DNA of 10,414 bases. Source: Bdellovibrionia bacterium (GTDB taxonomy: Bacteria; Bdellovibrionota; UBA1018). The notes beneath the pieces were generated by a model. It was not told the origin of the DNA. It did not search any database and saw nothing but the letters and a program-made list of their open reading frames with translations. Each line of letters opens with the position of its first letter. Position 1 is the stretch's first letter. Below are positions 8,468 through 10,414 of this stretch, piece by piece. The translations under genes were made by a program, and so were the position numbers. The stretch is taken from assembly GCA_045805065.1 (NCBI GenBank), contig JBJMMA010000162.1:1-10414 (forward strand), given 5' to 3'.

Positions 8468-9347
8468 GAGGGTCTTCCTCCATTCGAGCAAGTGGAAATA
8501 AAACGGTTTCGAGCTGAAAAAGTCCGTCTGCGTTTGATTTTGCGGCGATGTTTAAAATCTCATGGTGAGCACGGCGTAAAATCTCTTTAGCTTTCGGAAT
8601 GTCTTCTCGGTTCAAGGTAAAGGTGACGCCGCTGATTTCGCGATCCTTTGGATCAATTAACCGAAGCGCTTGTTTTGCATTCTCTAAAGTCTGCTCATGG
8701 AAGCGCTTTAAGCCTTCGTTATGCAAATCGTTGCCTGTGGAAACAGCACCTGGCGCATATTTAAGAAATCCATTCTCATCGCGCTCGAGCAATCCAAGCC
8801 TCAGGAGCGATTCAATCGCATCTGTAATTTCTTTTTTGCTCACCTTGAAATGGAGGCGCGCTTGTATCCACTCAGGATCTTCCCGAAAGTCTTTGAGATC
8901 GACCATCTCGCGGATCGCATAACAGTACCAGTTTGAGATGGCAGAAAAACTATCACGATCAATCATCCGGAAGCTTCGCACCGGATTTTGCTTCCGCAAG
9001 CGCTCCAGCAATACCACATGGAGATGAGGATTCTTCTTTGCTTTCTCCAGGCTGATGAGGTCCTGGAAGTAGTGGGCCTCATTGGGTTTGAGTTCCAATG
9101 AAGAGGCAAGGGCTTGTGCGAGCTTTGGACCTGGGTTGCGAGAGCCCTGCAAAATCATGATCAAGGTTGAGGAACTCTTCAGCCCAAGCTTCTTGGCCCA
9201 GGTGTCGTAGGTCCAATGGCGCGAGCTGCTTTTTCGGATCTTGTAGACTTCACGAAGATAGAGCCTGAAATCGGAATACTCGTACACGCGCGGCAGAGGC
9301 CGAGCGCGGCTGTTTTGAACAGGCGTGAGAGTGCTTCTATCATTCAT
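8460..9347 (-). CDS. TIGR02147 family protein (N-terminal XRE-like HTH, C-terminal DUF4423); putative transcriptional regulator
   Basis: Recognised motifs: VYEYSDFRLYL, WAKKLGLKSSSTLIMILQGSRNP (HTH), EAHYFQDL, ISNWYCYAIREMV, AIESLLRLGLL, FHEQTLENAKQAL, REISGVTFTL, FQLETVLFPLA. 295 aa is typical for the family. Confidence 0.9.
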   Translation of the reverse strand: MNDRSTLTPVQNSRARPLPRVYEYSDFRLYLREVYKIRKSSSRHWTYDTWAKKLGLKSSSTLIMILQGSRNPGPKLAQALASSLELKPNEAHYFQDLISLEKAKKNPHLHVVLLERLRKQNPVRSFRMIDRDSFSAISNWYCYAIREMVDLKDFREDPEWIQARLHFKVSKKEITDAIESLLRLGLLERDENGFLKYAPGAVSTGNDLHNEGLKRFHEQTLENAKQALRLIDPKDREISGVTFTLNREDIPKAKEILRRAHHEILNIAAKSNADGLFQLETVLFPLARMEEDPRD

Positions 9348-9353
9348 GAATGG

Positions 9354-9454
9354 CCGACAGCTAGCACGGCGCTTTTAGGTCAAACAATACAAAAGCGTTT
9401 TAGTCTGTGATTATTTGTTCACTAGTTTGTGAGTTTTTGCAGGCTAGCTGTCGG
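9354..9454. repeat. Perfect 12-bp inverted repeat (ccgacagctagc / gctagctgtcgg) with 77-bp spacer
   Basis: Arms at 9354-9365 and 9443-9454 are exact reverse complements. They enclose most of the 9348-9470 intergenic region. Confidence 0.9.
9418..9437. promoter_or_regulatory. Putative operator, copy 1 (ttcactagtttgtgagtttt)
   Basis: 16/20 match to 10089-10108; imperfect TCAC-N6-GTGA palindrome. Confidence 0.5.
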
Positions 9455-9470
9455 GCTCTGGGAGCAGTTC

Positions 9471-9950
9471 TTAGCGATCTGAAAAGGCTTTTGCATCCGT
9501 GTTACAGAAGCGATCGATGAGCTCGATAAGAGGCTGGGTGTGAGGAAATTTGCTTTCGATGTTTCGTTTTCCGTAACCCTGGATGGGCGTCTCGATGAGA
9601 CTTCCGTCGGATCCTTTGCTGAAGACGCTGTAGAGAATTTGATAGTTCCTTGCAGCGCTTTTTGATTCCTCGAAAGATGCTCCGGCCGCTCTTTCGATGA
9701 GCTTCAATAGGCCCTCATCATCGCTCCAAAGCTGGACGAATCCTCCGATGTTCAATTCCTTAAAATCCTGGGTCACGCGGACTTGGAGCGCGTATCCTTC
9801 TGATTCAACGGTGCTGATCTCGCATTTTGTGGTGAGGTTGCCGTTGGCAACGGATTGCACTGCCACGATGTCCTCGGAAGCCTTCGCTTTTTCTGCGATA
9901 AATGCGCTTAGTCCTATGAGACAAAACAATACACCTAAATAGAAACGCAT
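9471..9950 (-). CDS. Small secreted hypothetical protein (159 aa from ATG 9950)
   Basis: ATG 9950 is preceded by AAAGGAGAG. Signal peptide MRFYLGVLFCLIGLSAFIAEKAKA. Two Cys in the mature part (TKC, RFC). Preferred over the TTG start at 9989. Confidence 0.82.
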   Translation of the reverse strand: MRFYLGVLFCLIGLSAFIAEKAKASEDIVAVQSVANGNLTTKCEISTVESEGYALQVRVTQDFKELNIGGFVQLWSDDEGLLKLIERAAGASFEESKSAARNYQILYSVFSKGSDGSLIETPIQGYGKRNIESKFPHTQPLIELIDRFCNTDAKAFSDR

Positions 9951-10088
9951 GGATCTCTCTCCTTTTAGGGGTCGCGTGATGTTGCTCAAGACCTGTGAGC
10001 TTCGTTCAAGTGATGCGACCGATAATAATATTTAATAGTCGGTGTTTAGTTCTGAGCTATGAAATACGCTTGGGAGTTGCAGATTCGT

Positions 10089-10108
10089 CTCACACGTTTG
10101 TGAGCTTT
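10089..10108. promoter_or_regulatory. Putative operator, copy 2 (CTCACA-cgtt-TGTGAG)
   Basis: Perfect 6-bp arms with a 4-bp spacer in the divergent intergenic region; near copy at 9418-9437. Confidence 0.55.
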
Positions 10109-10160
10109 CCGGGGCACTCTCGGTTAAATGTGCGGCGTGGCAAAATGGAGCCTTTCCGAA

Positions 10161-10178
10161 CTAAAAATTGATTTTTAG
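10161..10178. promoter_or_regulatory. AT-rich palindrome CTAAAAAT-tg-ATTTTTAG, possible operator
   Basis: Perfect 8-bp arms with a 2-bp spacer, 53 bp upstream of the divergent ATG at 10232. Confidence 0.4.
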
Positions 10179-10231
10179 CGAAAACATGGTCAAATCCACT
10201 CACATTTCAAAACCGTTGGGGGGGATTTGCG

Positions 10232-10414
10232 ATGGGCGCACGTGTGTCTCGGCTTTTGCTTGGGTCGGCCTTGGGTCTTTTCCTTTTGTCCGGATGCTTG
10301 CCGGACAAGCCTGAAATCTCAAGCGATCTCATCAACGCTTTTGGTAGCGGCTGCTCCTCTGTTGGAGGTTGGACACAAAGCGCGCTCCGGCAAAACGAGG
10401 CTCTCGTTCAAACT
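10232..10414 (+). CDS. Lipoprotein, N-terminal part only (truncated at window edge)
   Basis: Not in the ORF track. Open for 61 codons: MGARVSRLLLGSALGLFLLSG-CLPDKPEISSDLINAFGSGCSSVGGWTQSALRQNEALVQT. Canonical LSGC lipobox and a G-rich RBS (GGGGGGGA, 10218-10225). Confidence 0.8.
   Translation, partial: MGARVSRLLLGSALGLFLLSGCLPDKPEISSDLINAFGSGCSSVGGWTQSALRQNEALVQT

Noticed and set aside
8468..8491. ORF-track start for protein A at 8491
   Set aside because: GTG 8467 has an RBS, overlaps the upstream stop and matches the paralog's length and start.
9406..9423. CRP site (TGTGA...TCACT)
   Set aside because: The spacer is 8 bp rather than the canonical 6 bp.
345..9942. Short ORFs of 60-143 aa in the track (e.g. 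345-596, 1211-1495, 4726-5070, 7862-8293, 8599-8922)
   Set aside because: They overlap the long coupled CDSs, either antisense or out of frame. The similarity of 3705-3905 to 7862-8293 only mirrors the A/A' duplication.
9951..9989. ORF-track start at 9989 for the small secreted protein
   Set aside because: The extension contains the AAAGGAG RBS for ATG 9950, which directly begins a signal peptide.
10138..10151. Sigma-54 promoter (TGGCA...GC)
   Set aside because: GG-GC spacing is 9 bp rather than the required 10 bp, and there is no TTGC.
10218..10224. G7 homopolymer as a phase-variation tract
   Set aside because: It is short and sits exactly at the RBS position of ATG 10232, which explains it more simply.
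10286..10308. Hairpin ttgtccgg-N7-ccggacaa as a terminator
   Set aside because: It lies inside the lipoprotein CDS across the lipobox codons and has no convincing U-tract.
1..10414. CRISPR array, tRNA/rRNA, transposase or integrase
   Set aside because: No regularly spaced repeats, RNA-gene signatures or mobile-element proteins were seen.

Overview
Almost the whole window is one tightly packed minus-strand gene array. A TIGR02147-family HTH/DUF4423 regulator (8460-9347) is followed, with overlapping stop/start codons, by a tandemly duplicated three-gene cassette A-B-C / A'-B'-C' with a period of about 4.25 kb. A and B are secreted ~460-500 aa proteins that share a homologous Cys-containing N-terminal module (GNGG motif and HExxY in A; both degenerate in B), followed by variable beta-hairpin repeats. 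C is a ~450 aa lipoprotein with beta-propeller-like motifs. The last gene, C' (<1-1329), is missing from the supplied ORF track because it runs off the window edge. The regulator's 123-bp upstream spacer is bracketed by a perfect 12-bp inverted repeat and contains a (C/T)TCAC-N-TGTGAG palindrome that recurs in the next intergenic region. A small secreted protein (9471-9950) and the start of a divergent lipoprotein (10232->10414) complete the window. The gene families suggest a Bdellovibrionota/Oligoflexia-like host (inference). No product can be given a named function; identities quoted are hand counts or visual estimates.
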